Notes under the pieces: model-generated | What the model was told of the DNA's origin: nothing | The model's input: only the letters and a program-made list of their open reading frames with translations | The model's database searches: none | From: Candidatus Poribacteria bacterium | GTDB lineage: Bacteria; Poribacteria; WGA-4E; WGA-3G | Length of the DNA: 64,000 nucleotides | NCBI GenBank assembly: GCA_964291315.2 | Contig: OZ219753.1 | Span: 2,944,001-3,008,000 of the forward strand | Reading direction: 5' to 3' | Program-made: the position numbers and the translations under genes | Shown: one piece after another, positions 1 through 9,930 of the stretch | Numbering within the stretch: position 1 is the stretch's first letter | Layout of the letters: each line of letters begins with the position of its first letter

Positions 1-5
1 AAGAC

Positions 6-1520
6 TTGACGTTTGAGGTCTACAATCTCTATCCAGATTATGTGTATCCGGGCCGGATTATACGAGTTGACATACAGGTTGAAGGGGAGCCTGAGGAAGA
101 TAAACGGATAACGGTAGAAATTGAACTTCACGGGGAAAGCGACTTGGACGCTGCAAAATTCGCAAGTACTACAATCTTTAGTAATGATGAGAATGATAAA
201 GGGAACCGCAGCAGTCGCCATCTTTCGATGACCCCCGTTGAAGCCGATGGCATGTGGATCGATTCGGGCCATATTCTGCGCGGGCACACAACGTTATCAA
301 AATATGCAGCGCAAGGTTACTGGCACACTGACCAAATCCGAATCTCGGATGCCCAGGGGAATGAGAGGTTCACGGCACAGACCGATTTCGGCTGGAAACT
401 CTACATAGACAGTCCCCTTGCAGATAACGAACCGCCAGAATACGTCAAAGACTCACTGCGTCTCTCTTTATCAGAAGCAAGCACGGAAGAAGGACGAGCC
501 TACCAAATTCTGACAGCGCGATGGCAGTTTGTTGAGAAAATTGGGATGGGACACGTTTTGGCAACAATTCGAAAAGATCAACGTATAGCATCTTACGCCC
601 ACGACTCTTACTCTCACTTAAGGAGATGGGGAAATTTCCAAGAAAGAGATGGGCTCTGGGAAGCAAGTGTCCGACTTCCTGTGCCTCACTATATGCCAAG
701 TGGCACCTACAAAATTGGCAGTATCTGGATGACGGATTTAGCAGAAAACGATAATCTGGTATATGGAAATCACGTGTTGCCTGCCTCTATTGAGATTCAA
801 ACAGCAAATCCCGATATTATACCTCCTGAACTAGATTTAAATCGGATTACAATTCAGGCAGAACCAACCCATCCAGAGGCACCCAACGGCGAAACGCGGG
901 TTGACATTACCTTTAGAGTCAAAGATAATATCAGCGGATATCAAATGACAAGCATGCTTTTACGTGATCCTCAGGGCATCGGACACTCCTTTATCCATTA
1001 CGATGAAGATTTTGGTGCCATCTACTTTTCAAGGGATCCAACCCGCTATCAAGTCTGTCATGAAACCATTGTTTTGCCTGTTGGCAGTGCTCCCGGCACG
1101 TGGGGACTCGCTGGGATGACAGTATATGACAAAGCAAAAAATGTGCTTCATGCGGATTTTACTGAAATTGTCCGATTTGAGGTAGACGGTGTAGCCACAG
1201 CCGCACCTATCATCGCCTCACTTCCTGACGACACGCGGCTGCTCGCAAACTACCCGAACCCGTTCAATCCGGAGACGTGGATACCGTATCAACTCGTCAA
1301 CAGCAGCGATGTCCAGATTACCATCTACGATACCAAGGGGCATCTGATTCGCACATTGGCACTTGGGCATCAGGAGGCAGGTTATTATACGAACAGACAT
1401 CGTGCGGCGTATTGGAATGGTCTCAACAGTTTAGGAGAGCAGGTTGCCAGCGGGGTCTACTTCTATCAACTGCGGACAGATGCGGCTTCCCAGATGCGCA
1501 AAATGGTTATCTTGAAGTAG
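6..1520 (+). CDS. Secreted/surface protein, 5'-truncated by window edge; repeated Ig-like modules plus C-terminal FlgD-Ig/T9SS-type-A-like sorting domain
   Basis: C-terminus LLANYPNPFNPETWIPYQL...VASGVYFYQL...RKMVILK; three internal modules ending in similar motifs (GYWHTDQIRISDAQGN, GTYKIGSIWMTDLAEN, GTWGLAGMTVYDKAKN). Confidence 0.75.
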   Translation: MTFEVYNLYPDYVYPGRIIRVDIQVEGEPEEDKRITVEIELHGESDLDAAKFASTTIFSNDENDKGNRSSRHLSMTPVEADGMWIDSGHILRGHTTLSKYAAQGYWHTDQIRISDAQGNERFTAQTDFGWKLYIDSPLADNEPPEYVKDSLRLSLSEASTEEGRAYQILTARWQFVEKIGMGHVLATIRKDQRIASYAHDSYSHLRRWGNFQERDGLWEASVRLPVPHYMPSGTYKIGSIWMTDLAENDNLVYGNHVLPASIEIQTANPDIIPPELDLNRITIQAEPTHPEAPNGETRVDITFRVKDNISGYQMTSMLLRDPQGIGHSFIHYDEDFGAIYFSRDPTRYQVCHETIVLPVGSAPGTWGLAGMTVYDKAKNVLHADFTEIVRFEVDGVATAAPIIASLPDDTRLLANYPNPFNPETWIPYQLVNSSDVQITIYDTKGHLIRTLALGHQEAGYYTNRHRAAYWNGLNSLGEQVASGVYFYQLRTDAASQMRKMVILK

Positions 1521-1814
1521 CATGCGCTTTTTTCAAGGATCTGCAGGCTTAATTGCCTTACATCCAAAACAGAACTAAGAACTAAATCACCGTGCAAAAA
1601 CACTAGACAGAAAATCAGCGTGCTGAAGTTCAGAGCCTTGTGAATAACACAAGTACCTCTGAACAACTCCAGATCCCGGTTTGGCTTTGATAGAGGCAAA
1701 GGATCTGCCACTAATCAACATAGGTTTATCAACCTGTATTAACGGAAAGACTCTGAGTCAATTGCTCAGTACCTCTTTTTTTGCGTGAATCAGCTTTTCG
1801 CAGCTCTATGAGGT

Positions 1815-2690
1815 TTAAATCAGTCCTGCCGCTGTAAGCGTCTGCCGTAAGGATTCGAGGTTCGCATCAGTCATTGGTGCAAGCGGTAACCGCAATTGTC
1901 CGTTGAGTTTTCCCATCAGTTGGAGTGCAGTTTTTGCAGGGATCGGGTTCGTCTCAATAAACAGGTCCACTGCCAAAGGCAGCGTTTTATAGTGGAGTTT
2001 ACGGGCGAGTTCAAGATTTCCTGCGTGGAAAGCGTTGCACATTTCTGCGATCTCTGTTGGGGCGATATTTGCCACTACGGAGACAACCCCTTTGCCTCCG
2101 ACGGCCATGATCGGGAGCGTGTTCACGTCATCACCTGAAAGCACAACGAAATCAGTGGGGCATAAATTGACGACTTCGCTGGCGCGTTTGAGTTCGCCAG
2201 TCGCCTCTTTAAGTGCAACGATGTTCGGATGCTCGGCGAGTCGCGCGATTGTGGGTGAAAGAATATCTGTTCCACAGCGTCCGGGAACATTGTAGACGAC
2301 GATCGGAATGTCGACCGCGTCGGCGATTTTCATGTAGTGAGCATATAATCCATCTTGGGTCGGCTTGTTGTAATAGGGCGTGACAATCAGTGCAGCGTCC
2401 GCACCGGCGGCTTTGGCGTGCTGCGTTGCCTGCAGGGTACGCGTTGTTGAGTTGGAACCTGTCCCGGCGATGACGGGTACTTGTCCGTTCACTTTCTCGA
2501 CCGTAATTGCTATAGTTCTATCATGTTCAGCTTCAGACAAGGCGGGAGATTCGCCGGTTGTGCCGCACGGGACGATGCCGTGTGTGCCGCCGTCAAGCTG
2601 AAATTGGATCAGTTCCTTGAGTTTCGCTTCGTCAAGCGATTCATCGTCCTTAAAGGGTGTGATCAGTGCAACGTATGAACCTTGAAACAT
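1815..2690 (-). CDS. dapA: 4-hydroxy-tetrahydrodipicolinate synthase
   Basis: GTTGES, PYYNKP, YNVPGR, ALKEA and NPIPAK motifs; 291 aa; directly downstream of dapF. Confidence 0.97.
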   Translation of the reverse strand: MFQGSYVALITPFKDDESLDEAKLKELIQFQLDGGTHGIVPCGTTGESPALSEAEHDRTIAITVEKVNGQVPVIAGTGSNSTTRTLQATQHAKAAGADAALIVTPYYNKPTQDGLYAHYMKIADAVDIPIVVYNVPGRCGTDILSPTIARLAEHPNIVALKEATGELKRASEVVNLCPTDFVVLSGDDVNTLPIMAVGGKGVVSVVANIAPTEIAEMCNAFHAGNLELARKLHYKTLPLAVDLFIETNPIPAKTALQLMGKLNGQLRLPLAPMTDANLESLRQTLTAAGLI

Positions 2691-2748
2691 GTAGACTCTC
2701 CTTGTGTCTGTAGGCGCCGGACTGATTGAAGCGGGCCTACGGGTGTGT

Positions 2749-3573
2749 TTAATAGTTCCACGCGTCCGTTCTGAGCTCGCCCATGTAGATCACGCGGGCA
2801 TCGCCCTCAAGATAAACGTTTCGGGCTTCTCCGTTCTCCATCTCAAAATGTATTTTCAAAACCGCGCCACTTGCTGTTTTCACGTCTACAGGTGATTTAA
2901 CCCTGCCGACCTTCGCAGCGACGATCGCTGATGCAATCGAACCCGTACCACAAGCGAGCGTTTCATCCTCAACACCACGTTCATATGTCCGAATATTGAT
3001 TAGTCCCTGCGACTGTACCCGGATAAAATTGGCATTTGTCCCAGCAGGTTTAAAGGCATCGTGATAGCGCGTCTGCTGACCGAGCTCCAGAACATTTGTG
3101 TCTTCCAAGTCTTCTACAAAGAAAACAACGTGCGGCACACCGCTGTCTACGAAGCCGACAGCGTGCATCCCGTCATCCAATTGAAGCGGAACATTGAGCC
3201 GAATATCCGTGGGATCGCTCATACGAACTTTAACGTTCTCACCGACTATCTCGGCTTCATAAATCCCAGCGTTCGTCAGGAATCGCATCTGTTCAGACGC
3301 AATACCGTTCAAGTAGGCGAATTTCGAGATACAACGTGCACCGTTTCCACAGGTCTCCACTTCACCTCCGTCAGCGTTGAAGTAGCGCATGCGAAAATCA
3401 ACGCCGTCCGCTTTCTCAACGAGAAGAACACCGTCAGCGCCTACGGACATACGGCGTTGACAGAGGTTCCTCATAAAATCCGTATCCGTATCATCAATGA
3501 GCCCCAAAAAATTATTGATAATAACGAAGTCGTTGCCAGCACCACTGAGCTTCATAAAGGGTATTTTTTCCAT
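2749..3573 (-). CDS. dapF: Diaminopimelate epimerase
   Basis: GAGNDF, NADGGEVETCGNGARC, GVPH and ERGVEDETLACGTG motifs. Confidence 0.97.
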   Translation of the reverse strand: MEKIPFMKLSGAGNDFVIINNFLGLIDDTDTDFMRNLCQRRMSVGADGVLLVEKADGVDFRMRYFNADGGEVETCGNGARCISKFAYLNGIASEQMRFLTNAGIYEAEIVGENVKVRMSDPTDIRLNVPLQLDDGMHAVGFVDSGVPHVVFFVEDLEDTNVLELGQQTRYHDAFKPAGTNANFIRVQSQGLINIRTYERGVEDETLACGTGSIASAIVAAKVGRVKSPVDVKTASGAVLKIHFEMENGEARNVYLEGDARVIYMGELRTDAWNY

Positions 3574-3666
3574 GCTATTTCCTTTATTCTAGAGATGTAT
3601 TTTCTGATATGTATGATAAGATTATTTGCCTTTCCCGTCAAGCTTTTTTCGGTAGGATGTTAACCC

Positions 3667-4674
3667 TTAGCTGTTTGTAACAAAAGGCGTTTCTAATGTC
3701 AAGGCGTGTATACGTAGCTCTTCTACAATATCTAGGACAGCCTCGTAACTATCGGATGTAACGAGGCGATTTCGAAAAGGTTTTACGTGCGGAATGCCTT
3801 TAAAATAATTGGCATAGTGCCGGCGCATTTCAACAAGCCCCAGCTTTAAGCCTTTCCACTTAATAGAAAACTCAAGGTGTTTTCTAAAAACAGCAGCTCG
3901 TTCGTCTATAGAGGGAGGTGGGAGTCTCTCGCCGGTTGCAAAATAGTGTTTTATTTCTTTAAAAATCCAAGGATAACCGATAGCAGCACGTCCAATCATA
4001 ATACCGTCAACCCCGTATTGTTGGCGCATCTGCCGTGCTTTCTCCGGGGTATCAACGTCCCCGTTGCCAAAAACGGGAATGGTCATGCGTGGGTTATCTT
4101 TAATCCGGCCGATGAGCGTCCAATCTGCACTGCCCTTATACATCTGCCGACGGGTTCTGCCGTGGATAGCGATGGCTTGAATGCCGACATCCTGTAACCT
4201 TTCAGCCACTTCAACTATGTACTTTGTTTCATCATCCCAACCGAGCCGTGTTTTGACGGTAACAGGCAGCTTTGTAGCTTTCACCATCTGAGAGGTCATT
4301 TTCACCATCTTGGGAATGTCTCGTAAAATAGCAGCTCCTGCTCCTTTGCGTGTGACCTTCTTCACCGGGCAGCCGTAGTTGATGTCGATAATATCTGGGT
4401 GGACCCGTTCGGTAATTTCGACAGAGGCCCGCATTCCTTCGATGTCGTGCCCAAAAATTTGGATACCGATCGGTCTCTCCGCCTCAAAAATGTCTAGCTT
4501 GGCCACACTCGACGCGGCATCCCGGATGAGCGCCTCGGAAGAGATAAATTCGGTGTACATGAGATCCGCCCCCTTGTCCTTGCAGACGGCACGAAAAGGG
4601 GGATCGCTCACATCTTCCATCGGGGCGAGCAACAGTGGGAAATCTTGGATATGGAGGTGGCCTATTGTTAGCAT
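3667..4674 (-). CDS. dusB: tRNA-dihydrouridine synthase B
   Basis: LAPMED, DINYGCP, VTVKTRLGW, HGRTR and GIMIGRAAIGYPW motifs. Confidence 0.93.
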   Translation of the reverse strand: MLTIGHLHIQDFPLLLAPMEDVSDPPFRAVCKDKGADLMYTEFISSEALIRDAASSVAKLDIFEAERPIGIQIFGHDIEGMRASVEITERVHPDIIDINYGCPVKKVTRKGAGAAILRDIPKMVKMTSQMVKATKLPVTVKTRLGWDDETKYIVEVAERLQDVGIQAIAIHGRTRRQMYKGSADWTLIGRIKDNPRMTIPVFGNGDVDTPEKARQMRQQYGVDGIMIGRAAIGYPWIFKEIKHYFATGERLPPPSIDERAAVFRKHLEFSIKWKGLKLGLVEMRRHYANYFKGIPHVKPFRNRLVTSDSYEAVLDIVEELRIHALTLETPFVTNS

Positions 4675-4756
4675 ATAGCAAATATTCTAAGGTTAAGGTG
4701 ATCTGGTTTCTGTTCCAATGATTGAGAATAAATCTTTGCACCTCTTAGACTTCTCT

Positions 4757-4786
4757 ATTATACCGTGTAAACGCAAATCTTGTCAA
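4757..4786 (-). promoter_or_regulatory. Sigma70-type promoter for dusB-dapF-dapA
   Basis: Minus strand reads TTGACA-18 nt-TATAAT about 80 nt upstream of dusB. Confidence 0.7.
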
Positions 4787-4900
4787 GGTCATCGGAAACT
4801 GGAATAGGTGTTTGACTTTTTTTTAAATTCATGATAGGCGTTAAAGACAAACCTGTCAAACATTGTTCATTCACAACACTTCAATAGCGAGGTATTTCTT

Positions 4901-5617
4901 ATGAGATGTATTTTTGTAGGTATAGAATATGCAGGAAAGTCAACGTTAGTCAACCTACTAACAGGCTATTACCGGCACCGGAAATTGCTCGTTCACGTTG
5001 ATGATCACTTTACTATCCCCGACTCGACGCTGAGTCCAGAATCGAGAGCCGCGTACGTGAATTTTCCGGACGACGTGAAAGAACGGATGCAACGGATGCA
5101 ACTTCAATACCACGTTGAAGTCATCAAAAACTATCCGAATACACTGATCGCGGGGTGGCATATCGAGGAATTCGTCTATGCTTCATTCTACGGAGAGGAG
5201 CCGGACAGCCCATACTACTCGAAATACCATATCAATGCCCAACGTGGGTATGAGACACAAGTTATCGAAGCACGTCTGCCGGATGTGGTTATGATTCATG
5301 TCACTGCTAGCGATGCAGCGATTGCAGAACGGATGGAGACAGCTCCACACGAATATCAGATTATTAAGAAAGCCGACATTCCAGAACTCAAACGCCTATT
5401 TCAAGCGGAAATTGATAGGTCCCTTTTTGCCCAAAAAGGACGTAAGATTGTGTTGGACACAACAGAGAAGACACCAACCGAATCGCTTGATGAACTGCTA
5501 TTGCTTTCTGAACCGCTCGTTACCTTCGGTGAGCTCGCGGTTCGTGCGATGGAGGTACCGGATACGGATTACCAAGTCTGCTATGAAACAGGTATTCGGA
5601 AAATGATACCGAGATAA
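4901..5617 (+). CDS. P-loop nucleotide-kinase-like protein (thymidylate/NMP kinase fold), substrate unknown
   Basis: N-terminal Walker A GIEYAGKST; lid-like VTASDAAIAERM; C-terminal VLDTTEKTPTES; RBS gagg. Confidence 0.6.
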   Translation: MRCIFVGIEYAGKSTLVNLLTGYYRHRKLLVHVDDHFTIPDSTLSPESRAAYVNFPDDVKERMQRMQLQYHVEVIKNYPNTLIAGWHIEEFVYASFYGEEPDSPYYSKYHINAQRGYETQVIEARLPDVVMIHVTASDAAIAERMETAPHEYQIIKKADIPELKRLFQAEIDRSLFAQKGRKIVLDTTEKTPTESLDELLLLSEPLVTFGELAVRAMEVPDTDYQVCYETGIRKMIPR

Positions 5618-5704
5618 AAAAGCTGCGAGGCACAAAGGCCTCGCCGAAGAATATATTGTAAGTATACCTCACCTGCCAGAGGTGTTGAGACATCGCTGCT
5701 CAAA

Positions 5705-6778
5705 TTACCTACTTAAAGGATGCTCACGGTTTGCGATGGGAAAGGAGACGCGGCCAGCAGAGAGTTGCGACTCATAAGCGCCGAGGATCATCTCCAATGC
5801 TGCAACAGCGTCTTGGGCAGCAGAAATCGGTTTCCGATCGTTCTCAATTGCATCGATTAAGTCGCGGATTGCCAGCTCATTGCCGCTGGAGAAAGGGGTG
5901 TTATCTAACTCAACCGCTTCCCACTTTTGATCTGGGTTTGAGGGGAGCAAAACAGGGTGAGGGTAGACCATGAGGCGGTTTGTAACGTCCCCGCGAAGGG
6001 AGAAAATACCGTCGCTGCCGACGATGTCCATGCCGTATCTGCCGGTACCAGCCTGATTTCTCCGAGATTCGAAGAAACCTGCTACACCGCTTTTGAAAGC
6101 GAAGTAGCTATTGATGTGATCGCCTGCGACAGGCCCGACAGGTTCTGTCGGTGTGTGATCGTCTCCATAAGCGACCTCTTTGCCGTTGCTGGTGACATGC
6201 GATTGCATCCATGCGACATCTCCCACGAAGAATCGCATCATATTAAATAAGTGAGTGCCGAGAACAATCATATCTTCACCGCCTCCGCGATGGTCCTGCT
6301 TGCCGCTGGCATAGATGGCTTGAATCGTGCCAATTTGGCCCTCGTGGAGTCTCTTCTTAATCGCGTGGGTTGCGGGGAGATAGACGGCTTGATGTGCTAC
6401 TGCAACTTTCTTCCGCTGTGCTTTTGCCATTTCAACGATTATATCGCCATCTGCAAGGGTGCTCGTCATCGGTTTCTCGGAGTATACGTGGCATCCTGCC
6501 TCAAGACACGCGGTCACCATGTCGGTATGTTCAGATGTCCAGCGTGGACAGACACTCACGATGTCAAGTTCCTCTTTCTCAAGCATTTCCCGATAATCAG
6601 GGTAGCTGCGGCGAGCGCCTGCTTCTGCTGCTGCTTTTTCCCGCCCCGCTTCATCAGGATCAGCGACGGCGATAAATGTAACGTTCTCTATCTCTTTATA
6701 GGCGGTGTGAAGTCCATGTCCAAAATTGCCTGCACCGGTGTGTCCGATTGCAGCGGCTCGATAGATTTTCTGATTCAT
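5705..6778 (-). CDS. Gfo/Idh/MocA family oxidoreductase
   Basis: N-terminal Rossmann region, HVYSEKPMT and GTHLFN motifs; start overlaps the hsdS stop. Confidence 0.9.
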   Translation of the reverse strand: MNQKIYRAAAIGHTGAGNFGHGLHTAYKEIENVTFIAVADPDEAGREKAAAEAGARRSYPDYREMLEKEELDIVSVCPRWTSEHTDMVTACLEAGCHVYSEKPMTSTLADGDIIVEMAKAQRKKVAVAHQAVYLPATHAIKKRLHEGQIGTIQAIYASGKQDHRGGGEDMIVLGTHLFNMMRFFVGDVAWMQSHVTSNGKEVAYGDDHTPTEPVGPVAGDHINSYFAFKSGVAGFFESRRNQAGTGRYGMDIVGSDGIFSLRGDVTNRLMVYPHPVLLPSNPDQKWEAVELDNTPFSSGNELAIRDLIDAIENDRKPISAAQDAVAALEMILGAYESQLSAGRVSFPIANREHPLSR

Positions 6779-8028
6779 TTTTTCTCCATTTTTGTGCTTT
6801 GTCTCTCAATTTCTGATAGGGTTGGTTCGGATTTAGGCAACCGCACTTGTCCGGTCAGCAGCTCCTGCATCATGGCTTGTTTGATGTCGCGCGTCTTCTC
6901 CAGACGCTTCTCTAACGCCGCAATCTCCGCATCCATATCCGATAAGACATCAGCGATGGCACGTTGTTCCTCTCTGTCTGGAATTTGAAGCTCAGCGGAT
7001 TCAACAGCGCTTGGTTTTAAATTGTTGATACTAGACCCAGCCAAGGCTAAGTTAATAAAATTACGAAACTCTTGTGTTTGGCAGAGATAAAACACGAAGC
7101 AAGGTTCAGCAATAGACGGTTCAACACGAAAACACCCCATAAATGCACCGAAAGTATATGTGTAACCGTCTTTGACACGAAATAATCCTGTTTTACCGAC
7201 TAATTCCCGGCTGCCATTTGCCATGCAGACAAGGATATCATCAGCTTGCATAATTTGAAGCTCTGAGACCTTTCGTGCTTCAACATACTGAAAATCAGCC
7301 AATATCACAACTGCGTTTTGGATATTGTTCGAACGCAGGAGCCTGACTGTACTGTCCTTATCATAGCTTGATAGATCTGTCTCTGGATTGTAACTGACTC
7401 CACGTAGACAACGTCCTAAATCTCCTAAACGCTTGGTCTCCCAAGGTCGGGTGAAGCCGGGCAGGCGGGTTTTGCCTGTCAGGAGTTGTTGCATAGTGGC
7501 TTTTTTTATGTCTCGCTTCTTTGCGATGAGTGCCTCTAAGGCAGTGAGTAGAGCATCTACATCTGATAATACCTCAGAGATGGCACGTTGCTCACGGAGT
7601 GGTGGAAGATGAACTTGCAAGGGCATCAAATCCGTAGCATGAACATGCGGCTGGGCCCCTCCAGCTTGTGCGTTATAGATGATATTTTGCTTAAATACCA
7701 GATAGTAGTAGAGATAATCAATTGAAAAGCTGGGGTTTTCGCTAATAGTTGAACAATCCGACGCAAAGATCGGTTGATTGTGGAGGGCAACATAACCCGC
7801 ATATGCGCCAGACGCAGACACTGTAATAGTCTTACCGGTGCGATTGGCAATGTTGTGAAAATAGGCGGGTTTTTGACCTCCAGCAATAACAGGAGTTGTT
7901 CCTGGCACTACATTTTTCTCGGTGATAGAAGTCCCCTTCCGAATTTCAGTGATTTCTCCTAAGCGCTTGGTCTCCCACTCACCGCTGAACCTCTCGGGTG
8001 CTTGTGAATCCGTTTTTGTTCTGCTCAT
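6775..8028 (-). CDS. hsdS: Type I restriction-modification specificity subunit (orphan; no hsdM/hsdR in window)
   Basis: Two TRDs each preceded by WETKRLG and followed by a conserved helix (LPPLREQRAISEVLSDVD...KKATMQQLLTGK; IPDREEQRAIADVLSDMD...KQAMMQELLTGQ). Confidence 0.93.
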   Translation of the reverse strand: MSRTKTDSQAPERFSGEWETKRLGEITEIRKGTSITEKNVVPGTTPVIAGGQKPAYFHNIANRTGKTITVSASGAYAGYVALHNQPIFASDCSTISENPSFSIDYLYYYLVFKQNIIYNAQAGGAQPHVHATDLMPLQVHLPPLREQRAISEVLSDVDALLTALEALIAKKRDIKKATMQQLLTGKTRLPGFTRPWETKRLGDLGRCLRGVSYNPETDLSSYDKDSTVRLLRSNNIQNAVVILADFQYVEARKVSELQIMQADDILVCMANGSRELVGKTGLFRVKDGYTYTFGAFMGCFRVEPSIAEPCFVFYLCQTQEFRNFINLALAGSSINNLKPSAVESAELQIPDREEQRAIADVLSDMDAEIAALEKRLEKTRDIKQAMMQELLTGQVRLPKSEPTLSEIERQSTKMEKK

Positions 8029-8052
8029 TCGGGCCCGTACCAGAAGTTTCGT

Positions 8053-8340
8053 TTAGCTGCTAATTAAATCCGCCTGCTTTGCCCACTGAAAATCTAATTC
8101 ACTGATACCGCCAGCATCGTGCGTCATTAGGTCAACAGTCACGCGGTTATAAACATTGAACCATTCTGGATGATGATTCATCGATTCGGAGATCAAAGCG
8201 AGTTGTGTCATAAATCCGAACGCTGTAACAAATGTGTCAAATTGGAATTCCTTGTGTAGCTTGCCGTCCACCACGTTCCAACCGTCGAGCTGTTGGAGTT
8301 TTGTCTGAATTTCGGTTTCTGAGAGTTTTTTCGCTGCCAT
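8053..8340 (-). CDS. phhB: Pterin-4-alpha-carbinolamine dehydratase
   Basis: MNHHPEWFNVYNRV and THDAGGISELD motifs; 95 aa; RBS gaggag. Confidence 0.93.
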   Translation of the reverse strand: MAAKKLSETEIQTKLQQLDGWNVVDGKLHKEFQFDTFVTAFGFMTQLALISESMNHHPEWFNVYNRVTVDLMTHDAGGISELDFQWAKQADLISS

Positions 8341-8586
8341 TGAAATTTCTCCTCAAGGTGTGTGTAAGGTTTGTGAAGGTCATTTGGCGATGCAAAGTCG
8401 TAACGTCTTTGCGGGGTGGATCAATTTCTTCCGCCAAATAACGTTAACTGAAATTGTAGTGGAAAATATAAATAAGTGCAAGTTAAAATAGTAACAGGAA
8501 TTTCCATCATAGCACTCACGATTTTCCGGCAGGTGTGCTTTGCAACTGCCATCATAATCAACACAATTTCATATGAGGAGGAACAT

Positions 8587-9816
8587 ATGGCAGGTGCAAC
8601 AACCCTTTATTTTCCAGAGGTTGGACCCCAATGGCAGGACTGGGTCCAGGTTACGAACGTTGGGACGGAACCCACGCGTGTGACAGCGATTGCAAGACAT
8701 GCCCGTAATGGACATCCCACTTGGTCAGAAGAGAAAACGATAGGGCCCTTTGAGTGCTGGACACCGAACGTTGAGGCGATTAAAGAAAATTCTTCTATGC
8801 AATTTAGCGCAGACCAGCCGATTGTGGCAGAACGCCACATGCATAAGGACACGAATGTGCTTGATTTTATCGGGGCGGCTCTAGAGTACGAGACCGTTGG
8901 GCAACGCCTCTTCTTTCCAGAATTGGTTTCGGGGGCTCATGACTGGTTTCGGGTCCTAAACGTGGGCGAGGCGGATGCGCACGTCAATATTACTGTCCGA
9001 AATAGAAGCGGCAATGTGATGAGGCAGCAGCATCATGTGATCAAACCGTTCTGCTGTTGGGACCTCAATGAAGGTGTCATGGGGAATGTCACCGGCACCG
9101 TTGAAATGCAAAGTTCACAACCCATTGTCGCTGAGCGTCATCTCCACTATCAGGGTGGCAAGACATCTGTTGGGCAATTCGGACAAGTCATCTCCGATGC
9201 CCCGCGCACGCTCTTTTTTCCAGAGGTCGGACCGGCCTGGCAAGATTGGGTTGTAATCGTCAATGTTGGAACGGAACCGGCAGAAGTTACCATGATAGCA
9301 CGTAAAGATGACAACGCGCAAGCAACATGGACAAAAAAACACAGTCCATTAAGACCTTTTGAGTGCTGGACCCCGGATATGGAAGAGATTAAGGTAAACT
9401 GCTCTGTGGAGGTCCGCAGCAACCAGCCGGTTGTCGCGGAACGTCACATGCATAGTGGAACCGCTATTATTGACCTGCCGGGAGCCTCCGCCGAAGGTGG
9501 ACATGTTGGAATCCGTCTCTTTTTTCCGGAAGTCACAGCAGGGGCATGGGACTGGTTCCGATTCCTCAATGTTGGAGAAGCGGATGCCCTCATCAATATT
9601 ATCGTTCGAAATAAAAACGGTGACATCCGTCGGCAGATACATCGCCAAATTAAACCTCTCTGTTGTCTCGATCTAGATGAAGAGGCGATGGGAAAAGTCC
9701 GCGGTACGGTTGAAGTCCAAAGTACACAACCGATCGTTGGAGAACGGCATTTACACTACCAAACTGGACATAAAGGTGCTGTTGTAGGAGAATATGGTAT
9801 CGTGATCGGAGAGTAA
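8587..9816 (+). CDS. Hypothetical protein of four ~100-aa beta-rich repeats in ABAB order, resembling DUF5719-type FPE...NVG...PIVAER modules
   Basis: ATG at 8587 after RBS gaggagg (preferred over GTG 8476); four copies of LxFPE..DW...NVG...PxxC...QP(I/V)V(A/G)ERH(M/L)H. Confidence 0.75.
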   Translation: MAGATTLYFPEVGPQWQDWVQVTNVGTEPTRVTAIARHARNGHPTWSEEKTIGPFECWTPNVEAIKENSSMQFSADQPIVAERHMHKDTNVLDFIGAALEYETVGQRLFFPELVSGAHDWFRVLNVGEADAHVNITVRNRSGNVMRQQHHVIKPFCCWDLNEGVMGNVTGTVEMQSSQPIVAERHLHYQGGKTSVGQFGQVISDAPRTLFFPEVGPAWQDWVVIVNVGTEPAEVTMIARKDDNAQATWTKKHSPLRPFECWTPDMEEIKVNCSVEVRSNQPVVAERHMHSGTAIIDLPGASAEGGHVGIRLFFPEVTAGAWDWFRFLNVGEADALINIIVRNKNGDIRRQIHRQIKPLCCLDLDEEAMGKVRGTVEVQSTQPIVGERHLHYQTGHKGAVVGEYGIVIGE

Positions 9817-9930
9817 AAATGGCACAGAAGCTGTCGTCAAAGTTTGGACAGCAGATACGTTTGGAATTGAATTAGGTACGTTTTGGGAAGAAAGAAGGCA
9901 AAGCTTGTACTTTGCAAGTAAAATTAAAGC

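Noticed and set aside
2691-2748. Lysine riboswitch or attenuator upstream of dapA
   Set aside because: The gap is only 58 nt and contains a short REP-like hairpin; too small and no consensus
7421-7977. Direct repeat gagaccaagcg(c/t)ttaggaga within hsdS as a mobile-element end
   Set aside because: It is the normal duplicated conserved region (WETKRLG) of HsdS
8476-8586. Hydrophobic N-terminal extension (possible signal) of the four-repeat protein
   Set aside because: The GTG lacks a good RBS, while ATG 8587 follows gaggagg and begins right at repeat 1; the longer start is not fully excluded
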